The notes under the pieces were generated by a model that saw only the letters and a program-made list of their open reading frames with translations, had not been told where the DNA came from and made no database searches. The position numbers were made by a program, and so were the translations under genes. This document shows, piece after piece, positions 19,956-30,327 of a stretch of 64,000 nt of DNA; the stretch's first letter is position 1; every line of letters starts with the position of its first letter. Location: the NCBI GenBank assembly GCA_963760795.1, contig CAVXEP010000034.1, positions 47,557 through 111,556 of the forward strand, in the 5' to 3' direction. Source of the stretch: an uncultured delta proteobacterium (GTDB lineage Bacteria > Desulfobacterota > Binatia > UBA9968).

Positions 19956-22596
19956 TCACTCACCGTACTGCTGAATCAGTTTTGCCACCAGCGCGGTCCA
20001 GCCGGTTTGGTGGCTGGCGCCGATGCCGGCGCCGTTGTCGCCGTGGAAATATTCGTGGAACGGGATCAAGTCGCGCCAGTGCGGGTCGTTTTGGAATTTT
20101 TCCGTGCCGCCGAACACCGGGCGGTGGCCGTTTTGATCTTCAGTGAAGATACGCGTCAAGCGTTGCGATAGCTCCCCGGCGATCTCCCAGAGATTCATCT
20201 TGTTGCCGGAGCCGGTCGGACACTCGACTTTGAAGTTGTCGCCGAGAAAAAAATGGAATTTCTGCAGCGACTCGATGAGTAAATAATTGACCGGGAACCA
20301 GATCGGGCCGCGCCAGTTGGAGTTGCCGCCGAACATGCCGGTGGTCGATTCCGCTGGCTCGTAGTCGACGCGGTAGTCCATGCCGTTGGCTTTGAGCGTG
20401 TATGGGTGGTCGCGATGGTAGCGCGAGACGGCGCGGATGCCGTAGAGCGACAGGAATTCATTCTCATCCAACATGTAATGAAGCACGCGTTTCAGTCGAT
20501 GCCGATTGACCAGGGAGAGAAAGCGGCGCGGACCGTCGTCGGTGGACTCGGTTTCGATGTTCTCGCTGAGCTCCGGGCGGTTCTCGATAAACCATTGCAT
20601 GCGCCGTTTGAAGCCCGGCAATTTGTCGACCACCGTTGGGTCTAAAGTTTCCACGGCGAAGAGCGGGATCAAGCCGACGAGGGAGCGGACTTTCAGGTGC
20701 GAACGTTGTCCGTTCGGCAGCGACAAGACATCGTAGAAAAATCCGTCTTTGGCGTCCCACAATTCGATATTCTCGCCGCCGAGATTGTTCATGGCACTGC
20801 AGATGTAGACGAAATGCTCGAAGAACTTGCTGGCGACATCTTCGTAGGTGGGGTTGTCCTTGGCGAGTTCCAAGGCGATCGCCAACATGTTGAGACAATA
20901 CATGCCCATCCAGCTGGTGCCGTCGGACTGCTCGATAAATCCGCCGGTGGGCAACGGCTTGCTGCGATCGAAGACACCGATGTTGTCGAGGCCGAGAAAG
21001 CCGCCCTGGAAAACGTTGCGCCCAGTGGCGTCTTTGCGGTTGACCCACCAGGTGAAGTTCAAGAGTAATTTTTGGAAAATCCGTTCGAGGAATTTGCGGT
21101 CGCCTTCGCCGCGCCGTTTCATCTCGACTTTGTAGACACGCCAGGCCGCCCAGGCATGGACCGGCGGATTGACATCGCCGAAGGCCCACTCGTAGGCAGG
21201 AAGCTGGCCGTTGGGATGCATGTACCACTCGCGGGTCATTAACAATAATTGTTCTTTGGCAAACGTCGAGTCGACGATTGCCAAAGCGACGCAGTGAAAG
21301 GCCAGATCCCAAGCGGCGTACCAGGGATATTCCCACTTGTCCGGCATCGAGATGACATCCGCGTTATAGAGGTGGCGCCATTCGTGATTGCGGCCGGCGG
21401 CGCGCTCCTTGGGCGGATCGGCGCTGCCTGGATCGCCTTTGATCCAACGATTGACGTCGTAGTAGTAAAACTGTTTGCTCCACAACAGTCCGCCCAAGGC
21501 TTGGCGCATGACGTTCTTCCGGTCCGCGGGCACGCCATCGGGACTCACCATGGCGTAAAACTCATCCGCTTCATTGCGCCGTTGCGTGAATAACTCTTCG
21601 AATTTGCCGTCGAGGGCGTTCAGTTTGCCGGGCGCGCCGTCGCTAAGGCGCAATCGCACCGCGATCGTCTGGCCAGGCGCGACGGTCATCTGATAATGCG
21701 CCGCACCCTTGGTGCCGGTCGCCGCCGGATTGACCGCCTGCTTGGCGCCGTGAACGATGTATTCATTGATACCGTCTTTGACGTAGGCCGATTCGTTTGC
21801 CAAGCCAAAGAGGCGCTGCGCGTTGGTTTCGTTGTCGGTGAACAGCAACTCGGGTCTGCCTTCGCAGTAGAGCCAGCGGCTGCCGTAGTAGTTTTGATTG
21901 AGCTTGATCGCCGTCACTTGGCCGGCTTCCTCGCGGTTGAGTCTGGGCTTGCGCGCATCCAAGCCCCAGGACCAGGTGTTGCGGAACCAGACCGTTGGCA
22001 AGAGGTGCAAGGGCGCGGCCTCGGTGCCGCGATTGGTGGCCTCGATACGGATCAAAATATCGTCAGTGCCGCCCTTGGCGTATTCGATCACAACGTCGAA
22101 ATAACGATTGTCGTCGAAAACGCCAGTGTCGATGAGTTCGAACTCCTTATCGCCTTTGCCGCGCCGGCGGTTTTCTTCAACCAGCCGCCCGTAGGGAAAT
22201 TCCGCTTGCGGGTACTTGTAGAGGAATTTCATGTAGGAGTGGGTCGGCGTCGAGTCGAGATAAAAATAATACTCTTTAACGTCTTCGCCGTGGTTTCCTT
22301 CGTTGCCGGTGAGGCCGAAGAGGCGTTCTTTCAAGATCGGATCTTTGCCGTTCCACAGGGCCAGGGCGAAGCAAATATACTGATGGCGGTCGGAGATGCC
22401 GCCGAGCCCGTCTTCGCCCCAGCGGTAGGCTCGGCTGCGCGCGTGATCGTGCGGGAACGAATCCCACGCGGTGCCGTAGGCGACTGTAGTCTTCGCGCAC
22501 CGTGCTCCACTGGCGCTCGGACAAGTAAGGTCCCCAGCGTTTCCAGTTGGCTTTGCGGGCGCGGTCCTGTTGCAGGCGGAGTTCTTCCTGGGTCAC
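19956..22596 (-). CDS. GH63/MGH1-like glucosidase (frameshift near 22483)
   Basis: [62 protein letters not shown]. Confidence 0.9.
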
Positions 22597-22676
22597 CGGT
22601 TTTTTATCCTAGATCGAGTGGCATACTTTTCAGCCATTTTAGCACATCCTGTGTGAATCGGAGTTGCGGATTAAGA

Positions 22677-22718
22677 GTTCAAGCCGTTCAAAATGTTCAA
22701 ATCGTTCAAACCGTTCGA
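22677..22718. repeat. GTTCAA short tandem repeat element
   Basis: GTTCAA units with 9-nt period; family also at 3309-3337, 25297-25330, 49430-49519, 54955-55004, 58364-58462. Confidence 0.7.
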
Positions 22719-22741
22719 TTTGGGCATGACCCGGAGCACCG

Positions 22742-22900
22742 TTAAGTGCGAAGTGCTGCTGTCAATTTTTCGACAGGAACGCGGAAATTGCTGCGCCAGC
22801 TCTCTGTGAGCACGACAAGATCGAGGCGTAACAAATCGGCCAGCGACCAGGCCTGGAAAGGACAGCCGCGCGGCCTATGCGGCACGCTAACGGTTCGGCA
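22742..22900 (-). pseudogene. Remnant C-terminus of an amylo-alpha-1,6-glucosidase (glycogen debranching enzyme)
   Basis: Minus strand reads PHRPRGCPFQAWSLADLLRL..., the conserved GDE_C terminal motif; rest of gene absent. Confidence 0.6.
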
Positions 22901-23050
22901 CGGGCACTGTGTAACAAAATCGCCTCAGCAGGCTAACTAGCCTGGTGCTGTGCGGTCAAAGTCTCAGATGTTCTTGTGTGGGAGGAGCGCTCGCCGTAGA
23001 ATTTAGCAATTCGGCTCATTTTGGTGGAGTACGAGGTTAGAGCGAGCATC

Positions 23051-23647
23051 ATGAACATAATTTTCGATCTTGGCGGAGTCGTCGTGCGCTGGGAGCCGGC
23101 GGCACTGCTGGCGCAGATCTTTGACGACCCTGCTAAATGTAAAGTTCTACACTCCGAGTTTGTCGGCCATGCCGATTGGCTTGAGCTCGACCGCGGCGCG
23201 ATGGCGCCGGAAGATGCGGTGGCGCGGGCTGCGCGGCGCACCGGACTCTCCGAGGCAGATGTGGGTCGCTTTCTAAACAACGTGCCCCCGGCATTGGTTC
23301 CCATTGACGACACAGTGGAACTGCTTTACCGGTTAAAATCCCAGAGCCATTCTCTCTACTGCCTGTCGAATATGCATTTCGCGTCCATCGAATATCTCGA
23401 ACGCACCCATGGCTTCTGGGATATCTTCAGCGGCAAGGTAATTTCCTGCCGGGTGCACCTGTGCAAGCCTGAAGCAAGGATCTATGCTCACTTGCTGGAA
23501 TCCTACAAACTCGACGCCGCGGAAACTGTTTTTGTCGATGATGTCGAAGTCAATTTAGCCGCCGCACGGCAATTCGGCATTCGGACGATCCGGTTCGAGA
23601 GTTCAGCGCAATGTGCTGGCGAACTCAGGGCCTTAGGTTGTATTTAA
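23051..23647 (+). CDS. HAD family phosphatase (YihX-like)
   Basis: IFDLGGV, LSN, KPEARIY, VFVDD. Confidence 0.9.
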   Translation: MNIIFDLGGVVVRWEPAALLAQIFDDPAKCKVLHSEFVGHADWLELDRGAMAPEDAVARAARRTGLSEADVGRFLNNVPPALVPIDDTVELLYRLKSQSHSLYCLSNMHFASIEYLERTHGFWDIFSGKVISCRVHLCKPEARIYAHLLESYKLDAAETVFVDDVEVNLAAARQFGIRTIRFESSAQCAGELRALGCI

Positions 23648-23685
23648 GGATTCTGCCATCAACGTAGGGAAAGGAGCCTTTAGCT

Positions 23686-24078
23686 ATGCCTCGAAACATC
23701 ATCATGGCCGCCGCGCTGCCGGCGCCTCCAGATAAACTTTTCGACATGTATCTCGATGCCGAGGCGCACGCGGCATTTACTGGGTTGCCAGTGACTTTGG
23801 AGCCACGCCCGGGCGGCGTGTTTCGTGCCTTCGACGGCATGATTTCAGGCACTATCCTGCACGTTCTGCCGAAGTCGTTAATCGTGCAAACCTGGCGCTC
23901 GGCGAGTTGGCCGCTGACGGCGATGGACTCGGTGCTGACGTTGTCATTCTGGCCGGCGGACGACGGTGCGCGGATTGACCTGGTCCACATCAATGTTGAG
24001 GATGAAGATTTCGCCGGCGTCAGCCAGGGTTGGGAGAAGTATTACTGGACGCCTTGGCGGGCTTATTTGACCAAGTAG
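23686..24078 (+). CDS. SRPBCC/AHSA1 domain protein
   Basis: GGVFRAFDGMISG, LIVQTWR, GWEKYYWTPW. Confidence 0.85.
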   Translation: MPRNIIMAAALPAPPDKLFDMYLDAEAHAAFTGLPVTLEPRPGGVFRAFDGMISGTILHVLPKSLIVQTWRSASWPLTAMDSVLTLSFWPADDGARIDLVHINVEDEDFAGVSQGWEKYYWTPWRAYLTK

Positions 24079-24106
24079 ATTTAGCGCTAAGTTCTCACCG
24101 CGTTGA

Positions 24107-24439
24107 TTGTTAACTTCTTCAAAAGCGGCTACCGGCGTGTTGGTGGCCTCCTTCGTCGCGCCGGCTTGTCCGGAACGCCATCAGTTCGTCAGCACTCATT
24201 CTGTCGTGATGACGATCCAGCGTAGCCTCAAGATCGTCACCTTCGTGCCTTTGGGCTTCGCCGTCGGTCGTTACCTTTCGCCTTTGATCGGGCTGGTCAC
24301 TTTTAGCTTCATCGGCAGTTATGTCGGCAAGCTTTTGCTCAATCGCTTACCGGAGCGGAAATTGCGCGTGGCACTAAAGCGTCGCTAACCGTGCTGGCGT
24401 TGCAGCTGCATGATTCTGCCTTGCGCGAAACTCTCAGAT
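24107..24439 (+). pseudogene. Truncated TSUP/TauE-SafE family membrane protein fragment
   Basis: FVSTHSVVMTIQRSLKIVTF...IGSYVGKLLLNRLPE matches the C-half of TSUP proteins; N-half missing, 3' frameshift. Confidence 0.5.
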
Positions 24440-24489
24440 AATCGCCCGGTAGTTTGAAATCGCGAGATCCCAATTGTTTGCAATTCTAG

Positions 24490-25218
24490 CTAGCGCATTC
24501 CCGAGTAGCTGTTCACCGTGGCGTGCAGGTTGCGGGCGAAGTCGGTGGCGGCTTGGGTGCTGAGGCTGAACGCTGTGCGGGCATACTCTTTGACCGCGAG
24601 GACGGCGGCGAGCGGCATGGATTTGAAATGCTCGACTAGACGATTGACGCTGGCGCTCAATTCGCCATGCGCTACCACGTCACTCACCAGCGCGTAGGTA
24701 AGCGCTTTGTCGGCGTCGATTTCTTGCGCCGAGTAGATCATGAACGTGGCCGCCTTGCGTGGCATGCGGTCAACTAGAGCGGAGAAGGCGATGGTCGGCA
24801 TGATCTTATGCGCGGTTTCCGGAAACGAGAACCGCGCCTTATCGCTGGCGATGGTAATGTCGCACAGCGCGGCGAGGGCGCAGCCCAAGCCGACAGCGCG
24901 ACCCTGGACGACGCCGATGATCGGCACTTTGGCGTTGCGAAAGGCGCCGTAGAGGTTGAAGATCGTCTCGCTGCGCTCGCGCACGGCGTAGGCTTCCGGA
25001 CCGGGAGTCGGTGGCGCCACACCCATGGAGTCGCGGCCCAAGCAGAAATCATCGCCGGCGCCTTTAAAAATGATTAGCCGCGACGACTTTGCCGCGTCGT
25101 CGAACATCTGCGTTACCTGTGCCCAGGTGGCGTCGCTCTGGCGGTTGCCGACCTCCGGGCGGTTCAACATGATGGTCGTGATGTCATTTTCTTTGGTTAC
25201 GAGTACTGGATCAGCCAT
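24490..25218 (-). CDS. Enoyl-CoA hydratase/isomerase family protein
   Basis: LNRPEVGN, FCLGRD, VQGRAVGLGCALAALCD, FSFPE. Confidence 0.88.
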   Translation of the reverse strand: MADPVLVTKENDITTIMLNRPEVGNRQSDATWAQVTQMFDDAAKSSRLIIFKGAGDDFCLGRDSMGVAPPTPGPEAYAVRERSETIFNLYGAFRNAKVPIIGVVQGRAVGLGCALAALCDITIASDKARFSFPETAHKIMPTIAFSALVDRMPRKAATFMIYSAQEIDADKALTYALVSDVVAHGELSASVNRLVEHFKSMPLAAVLAVKEYARTAFSLSTQAATDFARNLHATVNSYSGMR

Positions 25219-25422
25219 GGTTCTTCCTCCAATGTTTAGTCGGGTCACTTTAGGAGAGGGGTGGCGCGACTGTCAACGGCTTCAGTTGCGCAGCGCGTTC
25301 CAGATGTTCCAAGGGTTCCAATCGTTTCAAGTGATTCTGCCGTTGGCAATTTGCCGTTGTTCTTGCGAAGCAGCGCATTTCAAAATAAACTTCCGGCCGA
25401 TCGCCAACTTTAGGAGGATTTT

Positions 25423-25827
25423 ATGGCTGAGCAAACTTTAAAGGGAAGTTGTTTATGCAATTCGGTGCGCTACGAAGTGACCACGCCGTTCATGCGCTTC
25501 GGTCACTGCTATTGCTCGCGCTGCCGCAAGGCGACGGGCGGCGTGCGTTCGACCAATATCGCGGTGCCGATCGCGCAGTTTCGCTGGACTCAGGGCGAGA
25601 ATCTGATTAAACGATTCGACCTGCCGGAAGCGAAAAGTTTTGCCCGGCAGATTTGCAGCAACTGCAACTGTCCAATCCCGCACGCTTCGCGTGACGGCAC
25701 TCGCGCGCTGGTTCCTTCCGGTACCCTCGACGACGTCCCCCCGGGAAAACCTTCCGTGCACGGACATTGGAGCAGCCGGGTTAGTTTCGTCGAGAGCAAC
25801 GAGTCGGAACTGCCGTGCGAAAATTAG
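25423..25827 (+). CDS. GFA/CENP-V family zinc protein
   Basis: GSCLC, CYCSRCRK, CSNC. Confidence 0.88.
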   Translation: MAEQTLKGSCLCNSVRYEVTTPFMRFGHCYCSRCRKATGGVRSTNIAVPIAQFRWTQGENLIKRFDLPEAKSFARQICSNCNCPIPHASRDGTRALVPSGTLDDVPPGKPSVHGHWSSRVSFVESNESELPCEN

Positions 25828-25828
25828 C

Positions 25829-26128
25829 ATGTTGACGACCGCGGTGGGGCGGCTGCGCGCGGTGGGAATGGTCGAAGCGGTTTCGTTTCTTCTGCTGCTG
25901 GGCGTGGCGATGCCGCTCAAATATTTCGCCGGCCTGCCGCAGGCGGTAAAGATCGCGGGTTGGATTCATGGTTTGCTTTTCATAGCTTTTGGCGTGTGTT
26001 TGCTGGTGGCACATGGCGAACGCCGATGGCCGTTGCGCTGGACCGCAACGGTATTCGTCGCGGCGCTGTTGCCGTTCGGACCGTTTGTCATCGACCGGCG
26101 GCTCAAGATTGAACAGTCGGAGCTTTGA
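25829..26128 (+). CDS. DUF3817-type small membrane protein
   Basis: EAVSFLLLLGVAMPLKY, GWIHGLLF, LLPFGPF. Confidence 0.85.
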   Translation: MLTTAVGRLRAVGMVEAVSFLLLLGVAMPLKYFAGLPQAVKIAGWIHGLLFIAFGVCLLVAHGERRWPLRWTATVFVAALLPFGPFVIDRRLKIEQSEL

Positions 26129-26178
26129 AATTAGCGGCTGTGGGCATTCGATTTTGCTGCGCTTCGCAGGATGAGATT

Positions 26179-27291
26179 TCAATGCAGCAGGATGTGGGCG
26201 ACGACTTCGAAGGTGACGATCCCGAGGGTAACCACCGAGGTGGCGAGCACGAAGGTCGTGCGCCGCTTTTCCAGCGTCGTCATGGTCTTGAGCTGGACCG
26301 GAACTTTGGCGTCGGCACGTAGCTTTCTCGCATGGGCCAATGTGTAGAGATTGGCTAGAGCGGCGAGTGTCGTGAGCGCGAGCACAGGCACGCGCAAACT
26401 GCTTTGGTCGAGGAATGTCAGCAGACCGGCTAATCCGAACACGCTGCCGGCTCCTAACGCAACTGCCAATGGCCCGATCAGAGTGACCACGGCGCAGGGC
26501 GCGCCGAGGATGCCGAATATGATCGCGCCGATGCTGGTCGCTTCTCTAGACAAAGACTCGGGCGGATCGCCGATCAGGCGCGTGGCTTGATTGCCGCGCA
26601 GACGATAGGCGGTCACCGGCTCGCGAAATCCCTTAACCGCGACTTGCTCCGATTTCGCTTCGCCAAAGTCCGCTGGGTGTTTCGAAAAACTCTCTTCGCT
26701 GATGAGAATTTCACCGGCGCTGGCTTTGCCTTGCAGGCGTGCCGCCAGGTTGACCACATCGCCGATCGCCGTGTAGTCCTTCGAGTCGTCGGAACCTAAG
26801 CGGCCGACGCGGGCAAATCCAGTGGCGATGCCGATGGAGGCCTTCAGGTCCAGGTTAAAGTTCGCGCCGAGAGTCTTGAGTGCTGCACTCAATTCGGTTG
26901 CCGCTGCGACCGCGCGTAGGGGGTGGTCTTGGTGGCGAAGCGGCACGTTGAATAGCGCCATGACCGCGTCGCCGACATATTTGTCGATGAACGCGCCATG
27001 CTTCACTAAGACTTCGGTGGCCATGCGCAGAAACGCATCGACGACTTCGTGGGTTTTCTCCGCGCCCAATTCTTGGGTCAGCTCGGTGAACGACGACAGG
27101 TCGGCGAACAGCACGGTGATTTCCACCATTCTCCCTTCTTCGACATGGGTGCTACAGCGGGTGCAGATGTTTGGATTGCGCGGGCTCCGTTTGATGCCGA
27201 AGGTGCGGTAGACGGCGCTCAGCGCACCGGACAGCATGGTGCCGCAGACGCTGCATTGTGCCGCCAGTTGCGGGCTCGAATGAACATGCAT
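26179..27291 (-). CDS. Class III adenylate/guanylate cyclase with N-terminal CxxC..CxxC and C-terminal membrane domain
   Basis: CSVC..CTRC; VLFADLSSFT; DKYVGDAVMALF; TAIGDVVNLAARLQ; about 3 C-terminal hydrophobic helices. Confidence 0.88.
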   Translation of the reverse strand: MHVHSSPQLAAQCSVCGTMLSGALSAVYRTFGIKRSPRNPNICTRCSTHVEEGRMVEITVLFADLSSFTELTQELGAEKTHEVVDAFLRMATEVLVKHGAFIDKYVGDAVMALFNVPLRHQDHPLRAVAAATELSAALKTLGANFNLDLKASIGIATGFARVGRLGSDDSKDYTAIGDVVNLAARLQGKASAGEILISEESFSKHPADFGEAKSEQVAVKGFREPVTAYRLRGNQATRLIGDPPESLSREATSIGAIIFGILGAPCAVVTLIGPLAVALGAGSVFGLAGLLTFLDQSSLRVPVLALTTLAALANLYTLAHARKLRADAKVPVQLKTMTTLEKRRTTFVLATSVVTLGIVTFEVVAHILLH

Positions 27292-27389
27292 AAGACAAGC
27301 AGTAACGTAGGGCGAGCGACGATGTCAATGTGATTGCTTCGCGTGCCGTTTACGGGAATAATGCGGCGACTCTCAGGAGGATATGTTCA

Positions 27390-27741
27390 ATGTCGGATCA
27401 CTATCATGACGAGAACGACTTGAAGTTGATGCGCGAGATGCGCAAGCTGGCGCCGGACGATTTTAACGCCTGGCTCGGCCTCGAGAAAACTGTCGGGCGC
27501 GATGGCGGTGCGATTCCCCGTAAGTACCGCGAGTTGATTGCTATCGCCGTGTCGGCGACGACCCAGTGTCCGTACTGCATGGAAGCCCACGCCAAAGCGG
27601 CACACGCCGCTGGCGCGACGCGGCGAAGAAGTTGTCGAAGCGTCTTTTATCGCTGCGGCACTGCGTGCCGGAGCGGCAGCAACCCACGGCGCCATGGCGC
27701 TCAAGTTTTTCGACAGGCAGGCGGAGCAGAAGAAGGAATAG
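27390..27741 (+). CDS. Carboxymuconolactone decarboxylase/AhpD-like protein (frameshift near 27622)
   Basis: IPRKYRELIAIAVSATTQCPYCMEAH...AAALRAGAAATHG. Confidence 0.85.
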
Positions 27742-27748
27742 ACTGTCC

Positions 27749-28228
27749 GTGCGGGTGTTCGCTAACTTGAAGCAGCAAGTTCTCTGGCTTCTCGCCGCGA
27801 GCGTTATAACTATGCCGCTATTTTCATGCTCCGGAACCAGACCTGCCGATTTGGGAGTCAAAGACGGCCACTTGCTTCCTTGTCCCGCGTCGCCCAACTG
27901 CGTGTCGAGCGATGCCCTCGACACTGGCCATTCGGTGGCCTCGTTTCGGCTGATTGTGCCGCCAACGGATGGCTGGCGCGCGGTTCAAGCTGCTATCGAC
28001 GGACTACCCCGCACGAAGATCATCAGTGTGACGGACGATTATCTCCACGCCGAGTGCAGCAGCGCGGTGTTTGGTTTTGTCGACGATCTCGAACTGCACT
28101 TGCGGCCAGCGGAGAAGCTGGTCGCGGTGCGTTCCGCCTCGCGTCTCGGTCACAGCGACTTCGGCGTCAACCGCAAGCGGGTGGAGCAGCTTCGCTCGCT
28201 GCTGATCAAGCAACTCTTGGTGCGTTGA
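27749..28228 (+). CDS. DUF1499 family protein
   Basis: PCPASPNCVSS, FGFVDDLE, RSASRLGHSDFGVNRKRVE. Confidence 0.88.
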   Translation: MRVFANLKQQVLWLLAASVITMPLFSCSGTRPADLGVKDGHLLPCPASPNCVSSDALDTGHSVASFRLIVPPTDGWRAVQAAIDGLPRTKIISVTDDYLHAECSSAVFGFVDDLELHLRPAEKLVAVRSASRLGHSDFGVNRKRVEQLRSLLIKQLLVR

Positions 28229-28411
28229 GGTTTAATGACACAATCGAAAGCGCAACAGATCGATCGGGCGAAATGCGGCGCGAGCTTGGGTTCGCCGTCG
28301 CGGTTGCTCAGCTGGTTCTCGTCGCTTAGGATTTCGGCGCTCGGCTGAATCCATAGACAGTGCTCAGCCGGACTTGCAAGATCGCTCCGGATGCCAAAAG
28401 TTGGAGACGCG

Positions 28412-29122
28412 ATGGCCCAAATTGAACTTACCGACAGCGTTAATTTAGACATTGCATTGCGCTTGGTCGCCTCGCTGTTAATCGGCGGGTTGATCGGCCT
28501 CGAACGGAGCTATCACGGCCGGCCGGCCGGATTCCGCACTCACTCCCTCGTCTGTCTATCGACAAGCCTGTTGATGCTGGTGACGGTCTATGAAACGCAT
28601 TGGTTTCCAAACCTTTCTGAAGGGCGGATTTCCCTCGATCCGACGCGCATGGCGCAAGGAATCATGACCGGCATCGGTTTTCTCGGCGCGGGTACGATCA
28701 TGAGAGACGGACTTTCGGTGCGCGGGCTCACCACCGCGGCCTCGATCTGGATCACCGCCGCGATCGGTATTCTTATCGGCATCGGTTTTTACGTTCCCGC
28801 TGTGATCGCGACCCTGTTGACGCTGGGGACGCTGTCGGTCTTTAGATGGATCGAGAGCCGGATTCCGACACAGCTCTATTCTCAATTCGTCGTCCGCTTC
28901 GCGCGCGATAAGGCGATGCCCGAGGCGCAAATGCGCCATTTGTTAAGCGATTACGGTTTCACGGTCGCTAATCTAAACTATCGGCTCAACGTCGAAGCCG
29001 ACTTCATAGAATATCAGATGATTATCCGCACCACCCAAGCGGACAATGCGAGCAAGCTGACGCAAGGGCTCAACGCGATTGACGCGGTGAAGGAATATCG
29101 CGTCTCGCCCACCGGCGATTAA
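28412..29122 (+). CDS. MgtC/SapB family protein
   Basis: IGLER, AGFRTH, DPTRMAQGIMTGIGFLGAG, GLTTAASIW. Confidence 0.92.
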   Translation: MAQIELTDSVNLDIALRLVASLLIGGLIGLERSYHGRPAGFRTHSLVCLSTSLLMLVTVYETHWFPNLSEGRISLDPTRMAQGIMTGIGFLGAGTIMRDGLSVRGLTTAASIWITAAIGILIGIGFYVPAVIATLLTLGTLSVFRWIESRIPTQLYSQFVVRFARDKAMPEAQMRHLLSDYGFTVANLNYRLNVEADFIEYQMIIRTTQADNASKLTQGLNAIDAVKEYRVSPTGD

Positions 29123-29226
29123 AGTGTCCGTGCCGAATCGATAATTGAAACGATAAGCGCGACTTTTTGCTAAAACGGCGGGTCGTTGATCTCATAACTA
29201 AGTGATGACCAATTTGAGTACCTGAT

Positions 29227-30282
29227 ATGCTGAGCTACGATGTTGTCGAATGGGGCAAGCCGCTCGAGAAAATAGAGCGGGCAACGCCGATGCCGAAGAG
29301 CACGGAAGTGCTCGTCAAGCTGAAATACTGCGGCGTGTGCCACAGCGACGTGCATATCCGCGACGGTTATTTCGATCTCGGCGGCGGCCGGCGCTTGCAC
29401 ATGAGCGAGCGCGGCATGGCGCCGCCGGTCACCTTGGGCCATGAGCCGTACGGAACCGTCATCGCTGCTGGACCGGATGCCGGCGGTGTTCCCTTCGGTG
29501 AAGACCGCTTGATCTTTCCTTGGATCGGTTGTGGCGCCTGCGTGCGTTGCCGCGAAGGGCTGGATAATTACTGCATGGCGCCCAAGATGATCGGCATCCA
29601 GCGACCCGGTGGTTATGCCGATCACCTAATCGTGCCGCATCCACGCTATTTGATCGATGCTAGCGGCATCGATCCGGTGTGGGCGGCGACGCTGTCCTGC
29701 TCGGGGCTGTCGACTTATTCTGCGATTTCGAAGCTAAAGCCGATTCCTCGCGACGAATGGGTTGCCGTGATCGGCGCGGGTGGATTGGGGTTGTCGGCCA
29801 TCGGCATGTTACGCGCGCTGGGACATGAGCGCATCGTTTCAATCGATATCGATGCCGCTAAATTGAACGCGGCGTCCGCAGCGGGAGCAGCTGCGACGCT
29901 CGATAGCCGCAATGAAGATGCGCTGCAGCGTCTCAAAGAAATTACTGACGGCGCTCTCTGCGGCGCGGTAGATTTTGTCGGCAGCGCGGAGACGGCGCTG
30001 CTAGCGTTCGGCGGTTTGCGTAAAGGCGGCAGATTGGTTCTCGTCGGCTTATTCGGCGGCGAGATCAAACTATCGATCGCCAGCACCATACTGCGCGGCG
30101 ATTCGGTTCAAGGTTCCCATCTTGGCAGTGTTGAAGAGTTGAACGCGGTTGTTGCGCTCGCGCGGGAAGGGAAAATTAAACCGATCCCGATTGAGACGCG
30201 GCCATTGTCGGAAGTGAGCCGAACGTTGGATGAGTTGCAGGCGGGGACGGTGATTGGCAGAGTCGTGGCAGTAAATTACTGA
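29227..30282 (+). CDS. Zinc-dependent alcohol dehydrogenase
   Basis: CHSD, GHE, CGACVRC..C, GAGGLG. Confidence 0.92.
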   Translation: MLSYDVVEWGKPLEKIERATPMPKSTEVLVKLKYCGVCHSDVHIRDGYFDLGGGRRLHMSERGMAPPVTLGHEPYGTVIAAGPDAGGVPFGEDRLIFPWIGCGACVRCREGLDNYCMAPKMIGIQRPGGYADHLIVPHPRYLIDASGIDPVWAATLSCSGLSTYSAISKLKPIPRDEWVAVIGAGGLGLSAIGMLRALGHERIVSIDIDAAKLNAASAAGAAATLDSRNEDALQRLKEITDGALCGAVDFVGSAETALLAFGGLRKGGRLVLVGLFGGEIKLSIASTILRGDSVQGSHLGSVEELNAVVALAREGKIKPIPIETRPLSEVSRTLDELQAGTVIGRVVAVNY

Positions 30283-30327
30283 CTTGCGCTACGTTGCGTC
30301 GTAACCGGTTCGGATCGGGCATTCAGA

